A stretch of 61,135 nucleotides of DNA from Eubacteriales bacterium. GTDB lineage: Bacteria > Bacillota > Clostridia > Oscillospirales > CAG-272. Positions 9,248-19,089 of the stretch are shown here, piece after piece. The stretch covers positions 1 through 61,135 of the forward strand of contig JAZQXI010000125.1 of NCBI GenBank assembly GCA_045632805.1, read 5' to 3'. The first letter of the stretch is position 1, and the number at the start of each line of letters is the position of its first letter. Both the position numbers and the translations under genes were made by a program. The notes below the pieces were generated by a model. It did no database searches. It saw only the letters and a list, made by a program, of their open reading frames with translations, and had not been told where the DNA came from.

Positions 9248-9255
9248 GCGTTTTC

Positions 9256-10074
9256 TTATTTTCTCTCACTTGCAAGATACTGTCGCGGTGTTTTTCCGTG
9301 GCAACGCTTGAAGGAGCGGATCAGATTGCAGGTGTCTCCAAAGCCGCACGCCTCGGCACACTCTTGTTCACTTTTTCCTGCGCGAAGCATGCGGACCGCG
9401 TTTTTGACACGGCATCGCATCAGATAATCACCAAGCGTGCTTCCCGTGTACTTTTTAAACGCGGTCATCAAGGTCGTTCGTCCGACGCCCAAGCGCCACG
9501 CAAGGTTTTCGGCAAGGATCTTTTCGGAATAGTTCTCTCCAATGTAGGTCAGCGCACCTGTTACATAGTGGGGAACTGCCGACGAAACGGTTTCATCCTG
9601 ACCCGAAAGCTCTAAAAGATGAGAAAGCAAACTCAAAATCAGTAACCGTTGACGAAACGGTTCCTTTTCGGCTTCGATCTCGCGGATTTTGCCTTTGTAG
9701 AACTCCGCTTGCTCCGTGTCCAAAGCGATCACTCTGCCGCTTTTGCCAAAGACTGCGCGCAATTGCTCCCATTCGGGAACGTAATCCGCGATAAATCCGT
9801 CCGAAAACAGAAGATTGAGACGGCTGTAAAAGGTGTCGGGATCGCGGTAAACGAAGTGCGGCGTTTTGGGACTTGCCAAAACGATGCGGCTCTCTGTCCC
9901 TTCCTGCACATGGTCGGAAACAAAGACTTTGACGTATCCCGTTAAAATCAAGCTGATCTCATAATAGTCGTGTGCGTGAAAATCCACCATCTGACTGCGA
10001 TATCCCTCGTAGTAATCCACGTGGCAGGTCTCCCACGTACTACCAAAATGCATATTATCAAGATTGACGCCCAT
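9256..10074 (-). CDS. AraC-family transcriptional regulator (cupin sensor + HTH)
   Basis: The C-terminal LAWRLGVGRTTLMTAFKKYTG...ECAEACGFGDTCNLIRSFKR region is a typical AraC double HTH. AGGAGG lies 8 nt before ATG 10074. Confidence 0.85.
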   Translation of the reverse strand: MGVNLDNMHFGSTWETCHVDYYEGYRSQMVDFHAHDYYEISLILTGYVKVFVSDHVQEGTESRIVLASPKTPHFVYRDPDTFYSRLNLLFSDGFIADYVPEWEQLRAVFGKSGRVIALDTEQAEFYKGKIREIEAEKEPFRQRLLILSLLSHLLELSGQDETVSSAVPHYVTGALTYIGENYSEKILAENLAWRLGVGRTTLMTAFKKYTGSTLGDYLMRCRVKNAVRMLRAGKSEQECAEACGFGDTCNLIRSFKRCHGKTPRQYLASERK

Positions 10075-10196
10075 TCCGTCACCTCCTTTTCTCATATTCT
10101 ATCACATTTTTGAATGATTTTCAATATAAAAACTCTGTTTTGATCAAAAAAATGAGAAAAATTGAACGATTTGCTATTTATATGAACGATTGTATA

Positions 10197-10225
10197 TTGC
10201 AAAGCGAAAAAAGATGGTTTATAAT
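10197..10225 (+). promoter_or_regulatory. Sigma-A-type promoter of the hexuronate operon (TTGCAA, 17 nt, TATAAT)
   Basis: -35 at 10197-10202 and -10 at 10220-10225. Confidence 0.55.
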
Positions 10226-10256
10226 GAAGATGAATACATTTGTATGGAGGCAAACT

Positions 10257-11966
10257 ATGGCTCGCTTGTTTGAAGAACATATCAAGAGACGTATCAAGTC
10301 GCTTGACGGCGCGTGGAGCTTTCGTAAGGATCCCTTAAATTGCGGAAAGCGCACGGCATGGTATCTTGGCATTCCTTACGGAACGACCGTAGCGGTTCCG
10401 TTAGTATGGAACACGCAACAGGGGCTTCTGACCTACGAGGGCGTCGCTTGGTACGAAAAGAAATTTCACACTGCCGGCGGGTGCCTGCGCTTTTGCTTTG
10501 GCGCGGTGATGACCGATGCCGAGGTATGGCTCGACGGTCACTATCTCGGTTCTCACTACGGCGGATTTTCACAGTTCGATTTCATCGTTCCTGACGTGGA
10601 GGAAGGGGAGCACCGCCTCACCGTTCGTGTGGACAACACCTTTGATGCACACTCCATTCCGCAAACATGGGTGGATTGGTATCACTACGGAGGCATTCCG
10701 CGCGGTGTAACGGTAGAAACCTTGGAAGGGATCTGCATCCTTTCCAACCGATTGGAATACACGCTTTCAGATGATCTGACTGTTGCCGAATGCCGTACGG
10801 TGGTTGAAGTCTACAACGCCAAAAAGCGGCAGGGAAGCACCGAGGTTACCGTAGCGCTGAACGGTGAGAAGGTCACGCGGGATACCGTAACCGTCAAGGG
10901 CGGCAAGAGAATCGAGGTTGTACTTTCTTCCTTTACGATTGAAAATGTCAAACTTTGGGATATCGGAAAGCCGAATCTCTACAGCCTCTCCATCACCACC
11001 GAGACCGATGATCTCTGTGACCGTGTCGGCTTCCGTTTTGTAGAGATCGTTGACGGCAGGCCCCTGCTCAACGGAAAACCCGTAGAGTTCCGCGGTGTCA
11101 ACCGCCACGAGGAGCATCCCGACTTTGGCTTTGCGTTCCCGGTTGGATTGATGAAAAAAGACATTGACCTGATGCTGGAGATGGGGTGCAACGCCGTTCG
11201 AGGCTCACATTATCCCAATTCGCAGGAGTTTGTGGATTTTTTGGATGAGACGGGACTGATGTTCTGGAGCGAGATCCCGATCTGGGGTTGCGGATTTTCC
11301 GATGAAGCGCTTGCCGACAAATTGGTGGTCAAGCGCGGCTTGGAAATGCACCGCGAGATGGTCAAATATTACTACAATCACCCCTGCATCATCTTCTGGG
11401 GACTCCACAACGAGATCCATTCCTACCATAAGGCGGCATACGCCATGAGCAAGCTCTATTATGAGTTCTTAAAGGCAAATGGCGGCAATCGTTTCGTGGT
11501 TTACGCATCCTGCCATCCCGATACCGATATTTGCTGGGAATTTTGCGACTTGATTTGCCTGAACCAGTATTTTGGCTGGTACTACGGCTACGAGGAGGAC
11601 GCATGGGACAAATTCCTTGACCGATTTGTCGCAAAGATGGACGAGATCGGCATGTCGCACAAGCCCATTGTCATGAGTGAGTTCGGCTGCGCGGGACTGT
11701 ACGGCTGTCACGACGACGAGGGAATCCTCTGGAGTGAGGAAAACCAAGCAAAGCAGCTCTCCCATTGTCTCACTCTCTTCCACAAGCATCCGCGTGTGGC
11801 GGGTAGCTTTATCTGGCAGATGTTCGATATGCGTACCTGCCTTGAAGCGGGACTTAACCGTGCCCGTGGCTTTAACAACAAGGGATTGATGAACGAATAC
11901 CGCAAGCCCAAGCTTGCATACCGTGCGGCAAAGCAGCTCTATCACGCATTTGCCGAAGAAAAATAA
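10257..11966 (+). CDS. uidA: Beta-glucuronidase (GH2)
   Basis: GH2 architecture with NRHEEHP, WGLHNE (acid/base region) and MSEFGC (nucleophile region). GGAGG RBS before ATG 10257. Sits in a uronate catabolic context. Confidence 0.8.
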   Translation: MARLFEEHIKRRIKSLDGAWSFRKDPLNCGKRTAWYLGIPYGTTVAVPLVWNTQQGLLTYEGVAWYEKKFHTAGGCLRFCFGAVMTDAEVWLDGHYLGSHYGGFSQFDFIVPDVEEGEHRLTVRVDNTFDAHSIPQTWVDWYHYGGIPRGVTVETLEGICILSNRLEYTLSDDLTVAECRTVVEVYNAKKRQGSTEVTVALNGEKVTRDTVTVKGGKRIEVVLSSFTIENVKLWDIGKPNLYSLSITTETDDLCDRVGFRFVEIVDGRPLLNGKPVEFRGVNRHEEHPDFGFAFPVGLMKKDIDLMLEMGCNAVRGSHYPNSQEFVDFLDETGLMFWSEIPIWGCGFSDEALADKLVVKRGLEMHREMVKYYYNHPCIIFWGLHNEIHSYHKAAYAMSKLYYEFLKANGGNRFVVYASCHPDTDICWEFCDLICLNQYFGWYYGYEEDAWDKFLDRFVAKMDEIGMSHKPIVMSEFGCAGLYGCHDDEGILWSEENQAKQLSHCLTLFHKHPRVAGSFIWQMFDMRTCLEAGLNRARGFNNKGLMNEYRKPKLAYRAAKQLYHAFAEEK

Positions 11967-11991
11967 ATCAAAACAGAAAGGGAATATCGAT

Positions 11992-13281
11992 ATGAAACAG
12001 AACAGACCTGTTCGAGTGATCCAATTTGGCGAGGGCGGCTTTTTGCGCGGTTTTGCGGATTGGATGCTCCAGAAATTGAACGATGCAAATTTGTTTAACG
12101 GAAGTGTCGTGGTGGTACAGCCCATCGAAAAGGGAATGTGTGATCTGCTCACGGCACAAAACTGCGAATATACCCACATTATCCGCGGTGCCGAGGGGGT
12201 TGAAACAAGTAAGATCGATGTCATTTCGCATTGCGTCAAGCCCTACGAGGATTTCGAGGCGTATCTCGCTCTTGCCGACAATCCCGATGCGCGCTTTATC
12301 ATCTCCAATACCACCGAGTCGGGCATCGAGTTCCGCGCGGATGACAAGATCACCGACACGCCCCCCGCAAGCTTTCCGGCAAAGCTGACGCTGCTACTCA
12401 AGCGCCGCTTTGAAAAGGGACTTGGCGGCTTTGTGCTTCTGCCTTGTGAATTGATCGACCGCAACGGCGACAACCTCAAAAAGACCGTACTGCAGTATGC
12501 ACAGCTCTGGAATCTCGGTGCGGACTTCTGTGCGTGGGTTGAGAAGGAAAATGTGTTCTGCAACACGCTGGTTGACCGTATCAACACGGGATATCCCAAG
12601 GACGAGAAGATCGATCTTGGCTACGAGGACAACATGATCAACACCTCCGAGTTCTTCCACCTTTGGGTCATTGAAACCGAATATGACCTTGAAAAAGAGC
12701 TTCCGTTCTCCAAGGCGGGACTTAACGTCATCGTCACCAAGGATGCGCTGGAGCGTTACCGCACGAGAAAGGTACGCATCCTCAACGGCGCGCATACGTC
12801 GATGGTTCCTTACGCACTCCTATCGGGCTTTGATACTGTCAAATCCTGCATGGATGACGAAAAGATGAGCGGATTCATCCGTACCTGCCTCTTTGAGGAG
12901 ATCATTCCCACCCTGGATCTGCCGCACGCGGAGCTTGAAGAATATGCCGAGAACGTACTGATCCGTTTCTCCAATCCTTACATCAAGCATTATCTCAGCG
13001 CGATCTCTCTCAATTCGGTCAGCAAGTTCAAGGTGCGCGTGTTGCCTTCCTTGCTCGAATACCGCAAGAGATTTGGTAAATCTCCCAAGAACCTGATCTT
13101 TTCCTTTGCCAAGCTGATCGAGTTTTATAAGCTTGGCACTCCGAGCGATGCTCCCGAGATCATCGAGAAGATGCAAAAGCTCTCCATCCGCGAGATTTTG
13201 GCAAATGCGGAATGGTGGGGCGAGGATCTCTCTTATCTGTGCGAGGAGGTAGCGGCAAATGCGGATCCATCCATCCGATAA
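11992..13281 (+). CDS. uxaB: Tagaturonate reductase (altronate oxidoreductase), mannitol dehydrogenase family
   Basis: N-terminal VIQFGEGGFLRGF motif. Its length and adjacency to uxaA also fit. Confidence 0.8.
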   Translation: MKQNRPVRVIQFGEGGFLRGFADWMLQKLNDANLFNGSVVVVQPIEKGMCDLLTAQNCEYTHIIRGAEGVETSKIDVISHCVKPYEDFEAYLALADNPDARFIISNTTESGIEFRADDKITDTPPASFPAKLTLLLKRRFEKGLGGFVLLPCELIDRNGDNLKKTVLQYAQLWNLGADFCAWVEKENVFCNTLVDRINTGYPKDEKIDLGYEDNMINTSEFFHLWVIETEYDLEKELPFSKAGLNVIVTKDALERYRTRKVRILNGAHTSMVPYALLSGFDTVKSCMDDEKMSGFIRTCLFEEIIPTLDLPHAELEEYAENVLIRFSNPYIKHYLSAISLNSVSKFKVRVLPSLLEYRKRFGKSPKNLIFSFAKLIEFYKLGTPSDAPEIIEKMQKLSIREILANAEWWGEDLSYLCEEVAANADPSIR

Positions 13282-14635
13282 CGTAGAAGTCCGTGCCGAC
13301 GGGCAAAAATACGCGTGTGCCGAGATCAAGGCAGGGGAGAACGTGATCAAATACGGCTTTCCCATCGGATCGGCAAAACGGGATATCAGCGTTGGAGAGA
13401 AGGTCTCTCCCGAAAATCTCCGTTCCAATCTCGCGGGAATGGGGGATTGGTATTACGATCCTGCAAAAACCGCGCCCGTTGGAGGGAAGAACGGAACGTT
13501 TATGGGCTATGTCCGTAAAAACGGCGATGTGGGAATCCGAAACGAGCTTTGGATCGTTCCCACGGTCGGTTGCATCAATGACGTAGCAAAAGCGCTGGCA
13601 GAGAAGAGCGGTGCCAAGGCACTCACGCACCCCTACGGCTGTTCGCAGCTTGGCGGCGACCTTGAAACTACCAGGCGTGTCCTGTGTGGCTTGATTCGTC
13701 ATCCCAACGCGGGGGGCGTGCTGGTGTTGGGGCTCGGATGCGAGAACAACCGTATGGAGGATATGCAAAAAATGCTCGTGGATACCGACACGGAGCGTGT
13801 GCGTTTCCTCAGCATTCAGGATTGTGAGGACGAGCTTGCGGAGGGCATGAAGATCCTTGACGAGCTGAAATCCTTGATGCAAAAGGACGTTCGCACATCC
13901 GTATCGCTTTCCAAGCTCCGCATCGCGGTCAAGTGCGGCGGCAGCGACGGATACAGCGGCATTACCGCGAATCCCTTGGTGGGTCGCGCGATGGAGCTTC
14001 ACTCGGCATACGGCGGAACGGTGCTTATGAGCGAGATTCCCGAGGTGTTTGGAGCGGAGCAGCTTCTGCTTTCGCGCTCCAAGGATCAAGCTACCTTCGA
14101 TTCTGTCGTGGCGATGATCCGTGCGTTCCGTCAGTATTTTATCGACCACGGCGAGGGCATTGCCGACAATCCCTCTCCCGGAAATATTGCGGGCGGCATT
14201 TCCACTTTGGAGGAAAAGTCACTCGGATGCGTGCAAAAGGCGGGCAAGGTTCCGCTGTGCGGCGCATTGAACTTTGGCGAGATCCCCGGTGCCGACGGTG
14301 GCTTGTATCTGGTCAACGGACCCGGAAACGATATGGTTGCCGTGACCAATTTAGCGGCGTCGGGCGCTCACATGATTCTCTTTACCACGGGTCGAGGAAC
14401 GCCCTTGTCCGCACCCGTTCCCACACTCAAAATCGCAACCAACACCCCTCTTGCCAATAAAAAGCCGCATTGGATCGATTTCAACGCAGGCGTGCTTTTG
14501 GACGGCGCGGATTGGGATGCGGAGGCAGAAAGCCTTTATGCGCTTTGCCGCCGCGTTGCAGAGGGCGAGGAATCCAAGAGCGAAGCAAACGGATATTACG
14601 ACATTGCCATCTTCAAGGACGGCGTTACACTGTAA
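13259..14635 (+). CDS. uxaA: Altronate dehydratase
   Basis: N-terminal SAF-like IHPSDNVEV...IKAGENVIKYGFPIG region and a conserved UxaA/GarD C-terminal region. It overlaps the uxaB end by 23 nt. Confidence 0.8.
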   Translation: MRIHPSDNVEVRADGQKYACAEIKAGENVIKYGFPIGSAKRDISVGEKVSPENLRSNLAGMGDWYYDPAKTAPVGGKNGTFMGYVRKNGDVGIRNELWIVPTVGCINDVAKALAEKSGAKALTHPYGCSQLGGDLETTRRVLCGLIRHPNAGGVLVLGLGCENNRMEDMQKMLVDTDTERVRFLSIQDCEDELAEGMKILDELKSLMQKDVRTSVSLSKLRIAVKCGGSDGYSGITANPLVGRAMELHSAYGGTVLMSEIPEVFGAEQLLLSRSKDQATFDSVVAMIRAFRQYFIDHGEGIADNPSPGNIAGGISTLEEKSLGCVQKAGKVPLCGALNFGEIPGADGGLYLVNGPGNDMVAVTNLAASGAHMILFTTGRGTPLSAPVPTLKIATNTPLANKKPHWIDFNAGVLLDGADWDAEAESLYALCRRVAEGEESKSEANGYYDIAIFKDGVTL

Positions 14636-14646
14636 AGGAGCAAGCG

Positions 14647-15813
14647 ATGAACGAATTCATCAGTCAATATTATGATGATTGTATGATCCTGACTCCCGAT
14701 GACGACGCGCATTATTTCTTTGCATATTATGACATGCGCGCAACGGGCGAGACAGGAAAGCACCTGTGCCACCGCGTCTCCTTTATGGACCGCTTGCAAA
14801 AGGCGGAGGACGTGTGCGAGCTGGGATATCTGGAGGATCGGAATTTTATCAAATTTGCCGAGACCACCGCGTGGAACTTCCAGCAAGGTGCAATGCTTCA
14901 GTATCACCCCACAAAAGAGAACACGGTCTATTACAACGTCTGCGAGAACGGAAAATTCATGACCGTAACGCACAACTTCGTCACAGGTGAAAAGAAGTAC
15001 ACCGACCGTGCCACCGCATGCGTCTCTCCAAACGGCAAATGGGGCTTGGGTGTCAACTTCGGACGGATCTTCGCCTTCCGCCCGGGATACGGATATGCAG
15101 GTTTTACGGACGAGAACGCACACGTCAATGCGCCGCAAAACGACGGCGTGTTCCTTGTGGATATGGAAACGGGTAAGAGCCGACAGATCGTTTCCTATGA
15201 CAAGCTCGCTCCCATCGCGGGATTTTCTCCGAACCAAAAAATTCTGGTCAATCACATCACCTTTAATACCGCATCCAACTGTTTCCTGATGCTCGTGCGC
15301 AACTTTATGACTCCCGAGGTCCCCGATTGGTCAACCTCGCTGGTTATTTCCGATTTAGAAGGAAACTGCCGCGCGATACTGAAAAACACCTATTTTTCGC
15401 ACTATCTGTGGCTCTCCGAAAAGGATCTTTTGGCGCATTGTACCGTTGAGGGAAACAAAAAAAGCATGTACGTTATCGATGTGAATGCGGGAACATGGAT
15501 CGAATACGATATGCCGTATTTCCACGGCTCGCACAACCCCGATATCCATTGCAACATGGCACCGGGGGGCAAATACATCATCGGAGACGGATACCCGATC
15601 GACGGGTATCGCTATCTGATGGCGTACAGCATCGAAACGGGCAAATCGCGCGAATTATTGCGCGTAAAGACCGTTACCCCCAATGACATCACCGACATTC
15701 GCACAGATCCGCACGCGCGATTTGTGTGGGGAGGGAAGTACATTACCTTTGATACCACGCATAACGGTAGACGTGAGATCGCACAGATCGACCTGAGCGG
15801 ACTGGATTTTTAA
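14647..15813 (+). CDS. Hypothetical beta-propeller-like protein, possibly distantly oligogalacturonide-lyase (PL22)-like
   Basis: 388 aa. AAGGAG RBS. Blade-like segments, for example DPHARFVWGGKYITFDT. The context suggests uronate or oligosaccharide processing, but the family assignment is only a guess. Confidence 0.3.
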   Translation: MNEFISQYYDDCMILTPDDDAHYFFAYYDMRATGETGKHLCHRVSFMDRLQKAEDVCELGYLEDRNFIKFAETTAWNFQQGAMLQYHPTKENTVYYNVCENGKFMTVTHNFVTGEKKYTDRATACVSPNGKWGLGVNFGRIFAFRPGYGYAGFTDENAHVNAPQNDGVFLVDMETGKSRQIVSYDKLAPIAGFSPNQKILVNHITFNTASNCFLMLVRNFMTPEVPDWSTSLVISDLEGNCRAILKNTYFSHYLWLSEKDLLAHCTVEGNKKSMYVIDVNAGTWIEYDMPYFHGSHNPDIHCNMAPGGKYIIGDGYPIDGYRYLMAYSIETGKSRELLRVKTVTPNDITDIRTDPHARFVWGGKYITFDTTHNGRREIAQIDLSGLDF

Positions 15814-15830
15814 GAATAGAGGATTAAAAA

Positions 15831-16889
15831 ATGAGTGAACACCAATTTCCTAAATTTTATCAATATGAGGAGCAGCCTTGCCACAAGCTGTTGTATCCCA
15901 AAATCAAGCAACAATTGGCTTATGACGATAGTGCCGACTACCAAACGTGGAAGGAAAACGTGCGCGCAAAGTTCATGGAGCTTTCGGGACTTTCTTTGAT
16001 CGAAAAAGAGCCTGTATGCGATCCCGATCTGCAGATCGAATACACCGAGCAGCGCGACGGCTACACCGAAATGCGTTTCACCTTCCAAAGTGAAGAAGGC
16101 TACCGCGTTCCGTGCTATCTGCTCATCCCCGACGGTAACAAGGAAAAATATCCCGTTGCCATCACTCTGCAGGGGCACTCCACGGGCTTTCACAATTCGG
16201 TAGGATACATCAAATATGAGAATGACATTGACTATCAGCCTCGCGGACAGTTCGGTATTCAAGCGGTCAAGCGTGGCTTTGCGACACTTTGCATCGAGCA
16301 AAGAGGAATGGGTGAGAGAAGACCCCGCATCAAAGATGGCGATTGCTACGATAATTGCGCTTATACAGCGATGCAGGCACTTCAGATCGGACGTACCATC
16401 CTTGCCGAGCGTGTCTGGGACGTTCACAAAGCAATCGATCTCTTGGAGACGTCTTTCCCCAAGTGCGACACCGAAAAGGTCGTCGTTACGGGCAATTCGG
16501 GCGGTGGTACAGCAACCTTCTATTCCGCTTGCTATGACGAGCGCATCAAGATCTGCGCACCCAGCTGTGCCTTCTGTCCCTACGAGGATTCCATCATGGC
16601 AATGTATCATTGCACCTGCAACTATATTCCCGGCGCATTTCAGTGGTTTGAGATGCAGGATCTTGCGTGCTTGATCGCACCACGTCATTTCAGCATTATT
16701 TCGGGTATTCGTGATAATATTTTCCCGATCGACGGTGTCAAGCGTGGATACGAGACCGTGCAAAAAATTTATGCAAAAGAAAATGCAACCGACGCGTGCA
16801 GTCTGACCGTTACTCCTCGTGAGCACTGGTGGTGCGAGGACCTTGTATGGGGTGAGATTCTGCGCGTTGCCGAAACACTCGGCTGGTAA
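15831..16889 (+). CDS. Alpha/beta hydrolase (carbohydrate esterase-like)
   Basis: Nucleophile elbow VVVTGNSGGG (GxSxG) and a C-terminal His region. Sits in the uronate operon. Confidence 0.6.
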   Translation: MSEHQFPKFYQYEEQPCHKLLYPKIKQQLAYDDSADYQTWKENVRAKFMELSGLSLIEKEPVCDPDLQIEYTEQRDGYTEMRFTFQSEEGYRVPCYLLIPDGNKEKYPVAITLQGHSTGFHNSVGYIKYENDIDYQPRGQFGIQAVKRGFATLCIEQRGMGERRPRIKDGDCYDNCAYTAMQALQIGRTILAERVWDVHKAIDLLETSFPKCDTEKVVVTGNSGGGTATFYSACYDERIKICAPSCAFCPYEDSIMAMYHCTCNYIPGAFQWFEMQDLACLIAPRHFSIISGIRDNIFPIDGVKRGYETVQKIYAKENATDACSLTVTPREHWWCEDLVWGEILRVAETLGW

Positions 16890-16909
16890 ATAAAAAGGAG
16901 AAACGAAGT

Positions 16910-18298
16910 ATGAGTTACATTCAAAAGAATTTTTTGTTGACCAATCCTACGGCTGAAAAGCTGTATTTCGGCTATGCAAAGGACATGCCGATTTTCGACT
17001 ATCACTGCCATCTGCCCGAAAAGCAGATCCTTGAAAACAAGCCTTTTTCCGACGTGTTTGAAATCTGGCTTGCAGGTGACCATTATAAGTGGAGATTGAT
17101 GCGTAACTACGGTGTGGACGAAAAGTACATCACGGGTGACGCTTCCAATAAGGAAAAGTTCCTTACCTACTGCCGCGTTTTGGGAACGGCATTCGGTAAC
17201 CCCTTGTATCACTGGTCGCAGGTCGAGCTTGAGGAGTTCTTTGGCTGTACCAAAGAGATCAATGTGGAGAACGCCGAGGCAATCTGGGATGAGTGCAACG
17301 CTTACATCCGCGCCAACAACGTTACCCCTAAATCTCTGATCGAAGGCTCCAACGTCAAGCACCTGTTCACCACCAACGAGGTGTTCGATGACCTGACCAC
17401 TTTTGAAAAGATCGCGCAAAAGGGCTACAAGTTCACGGTTGCTCCCGCGTTCCGTGCGGATAAGATCATGAACATCGATGCTCCCTTGTATCGCACCTTC
17501 CTTGGAAAGCTGGAAGAGCAGACCCATCCCATCGCTACGGTGGAGGAACTGGAGGCGGCGCTCGAAAACCGCCTGCAGGCATTCCTCAAGGTGGGTGCTA
17601 AAGCAAGTGACATTGCCGTGGAGCGCGCGCTTCCCGTTACCACCCGTGAGGAAGCACAGGTTGTGCTTTCCAAGGTACTCGCAGGCAGAACTCCCGACCT
17701 TGCCGAGACCGAGATATTCAAGGGATATCTGACCTATTTCCTGATGAAGCTTTACGCAAAATACAACGTCGCAACCGAGGTTCACATTGGTGCGATGCGT
17801 AACAACAATGCTGTGATGCTTGCTAAACTCGGACTTGATACCGGCTTTGATAGCATTTCGGATACCAACAGCATCAGCGCCCTGTCCCGTCTGTTCGATC
17901 GCCTCAACAGTGAGTGCGCTCTTCCCAAGACCATCGTGTTCAACCTCAATCCCAAGATGAACACCGAGATCATGACGCTCATCGGCTGCTTCCAGAGCGC
18001 CGAGGCAAGAGGAAAGATGCAGTACGGTCCCGCATGGTGGTTCCTTGACAACAAGGTCGGCATGGAACAGCACCTGCGCGATCTGACCGCAACGGGGCAT
18101 CTGGCTGTGTTTGTCGGCATGCTGACCGATAGCCGTTCGCTCTTGTCTTATCCTCGCCACCACTACTTCCGTCGTATTCTGTGCAACTATCTTGGCACGA
18201 TGATGGAAAACGGTGAGATGACCACCGATATGGAGCGCGTCGGTGCCGTTGTGCGTGACATCTGCTTCAATAACTCGGTTGCATATTTCAATATGTAA
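16910..18298 (+). CDS. uxaC: Glucuronate isomerase
   Basis: Classic N-terminus FLLTNPTAEKLY...MPIFDYHCHL and C-terminal MLTDSRSLLSYPRHHYFRR. Confidence 0.9.
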   Translation: MSYIQKNFLLTNPTAEKLYFGYAKDMPIFDYHCHLPEKQILENKPFSDVFEIWLAGDHYKWRLMRNYGVDEKYITGDASNKEKFLTYCRVLGTAFGNPLYHWSQVELEEFFGCTKEINVENAEAIWDECNAYIRANNVTPKSLIEGSNVKHLFTTNEVFDDLTTFEKIAQKGYKFTVAPAFRADKIMNIDAPLYRTFLGKLEEQTHPIATVEELEAALENRLQAFLKVGAKASDIAVERALPVTTREEAQVVLSKVLAGRTPDLAETEIFKGYLTYFLMKLYAKYNVATEVHIGAMRNNNAVMLAKLGLDTGFDSISDTNSISALSRLFDRLNSECALPKTIVFNLNPKMNTEIMTLIGCFQSAEARGKMQYGPAWWFLDNKVGMEQHLRDLTATGHLAVFVGMLTDSRSLLSYPRHHYFRRILCNYLGTMMENGEMTTDMERVGAVVRDICFNNSVAYFNM

Positions 18299-18310
18299 GG
18301 AGAAATGACT

Positions 18311-19084
18311 ATGAAAATCGGAATCTGCCGTAACATGAAAGAATGCTTGGAAGGGTATCCCCACAAAGCGGACTACGTTGAGATCAGCGCCATGGATATT
18401 CTCGGTGCGCAAAAAGAGATCTATCCCGAGTTCAAAAAGGCAGTAGATAAGGGTGAGATCATCACCTATAGCTGTAACGGTCTTTTCCCGGGTGATGTCC
18501 GTTTGACGGGAGATGTCAATTGGGATACGGTCAAGGCGTATTGCGATGAGACCTTCTATAAGTTGGCAGAGGTCAAGATCCATATGCTGGTGTTCGGTTC
18601 GGGCAAGGCAAAGCACGTTCCAGACGGATTTGACCGCCAAAAGGCATGGGATCAGCTCTACGAATTGGGCGCACTCCTTTCCGATACCGCAAAGCAATAC
18701 GGACAGACCGTTGTAGTCGAGCCGTTGAGCTATAGCGAGGTCAATATCGTCAATACGGTGGATGAGGGAGCGGAATATTGTAAGGTGGTCAATCGCGACA
18801 ATTTCAAGCTTCTCGTTGATTTCTATCATTTTGATAACAACGCCGAGGATTGGGCGTCTTTGGAAAGAAACCACGATCTTCTGGCGCATGCACACATCGC
18901 AACGCAAAAGGAAAGAACGAAACCCAAGACCGAAGAAGAATGGAAATTCTTCGAAAAATCCATCAACGCTCTGCGTGCTATCGGATACACGGGCAACCTC
19001 AGCTTTGAGGGCGGTTTCCATGAAGCAAAATTCATGAGCGAAATGGCAGAAAGAATGCAAGCCATCGCAAAACAGCCATTGTAA
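18311..19084 (+). CDS. Sugar phosphate isomerase/epimerase (xylose-isomerase-like TIM barrel)
   Basis: VVEPL, DFYHF and HAHIA patterns. AAGGAG lies 8 nt before ATG 18311. Confidence 0.6.
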   Translation: MKIGICRNMKECLEGYPHKADYVEISAMDILGAQKEIYPEFKKAVDKGEIITYSCNGLFPGDVRLTGDVNWDTVKAYCDETFYKLAEVKIHMLVFGSGKAKHVPDGFDRQKAWDQLYELGALLSDTAKQYGQTVVVEPLSYSEVNIVNTVDEGAEYCKVVNRDNFKLLVDFYHFDNNAEDWASLERNHDLLAHAHIATQKERTKPKTEEEWKFFEKSINALRAIGYTGNLSFEGGFHEAKFMSEMAERMQAIAKQPL

Positions 19085-19089
19085 TAACA

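Noticed and set aside
8344-9255. Possible CRISPR array, given repeated units in a gene-free tract
   Set aside because: The repeats are about 190 nt long, internally structured, few in number, partly inverted and not separated by uniform spacers. No cas genes are in the window.
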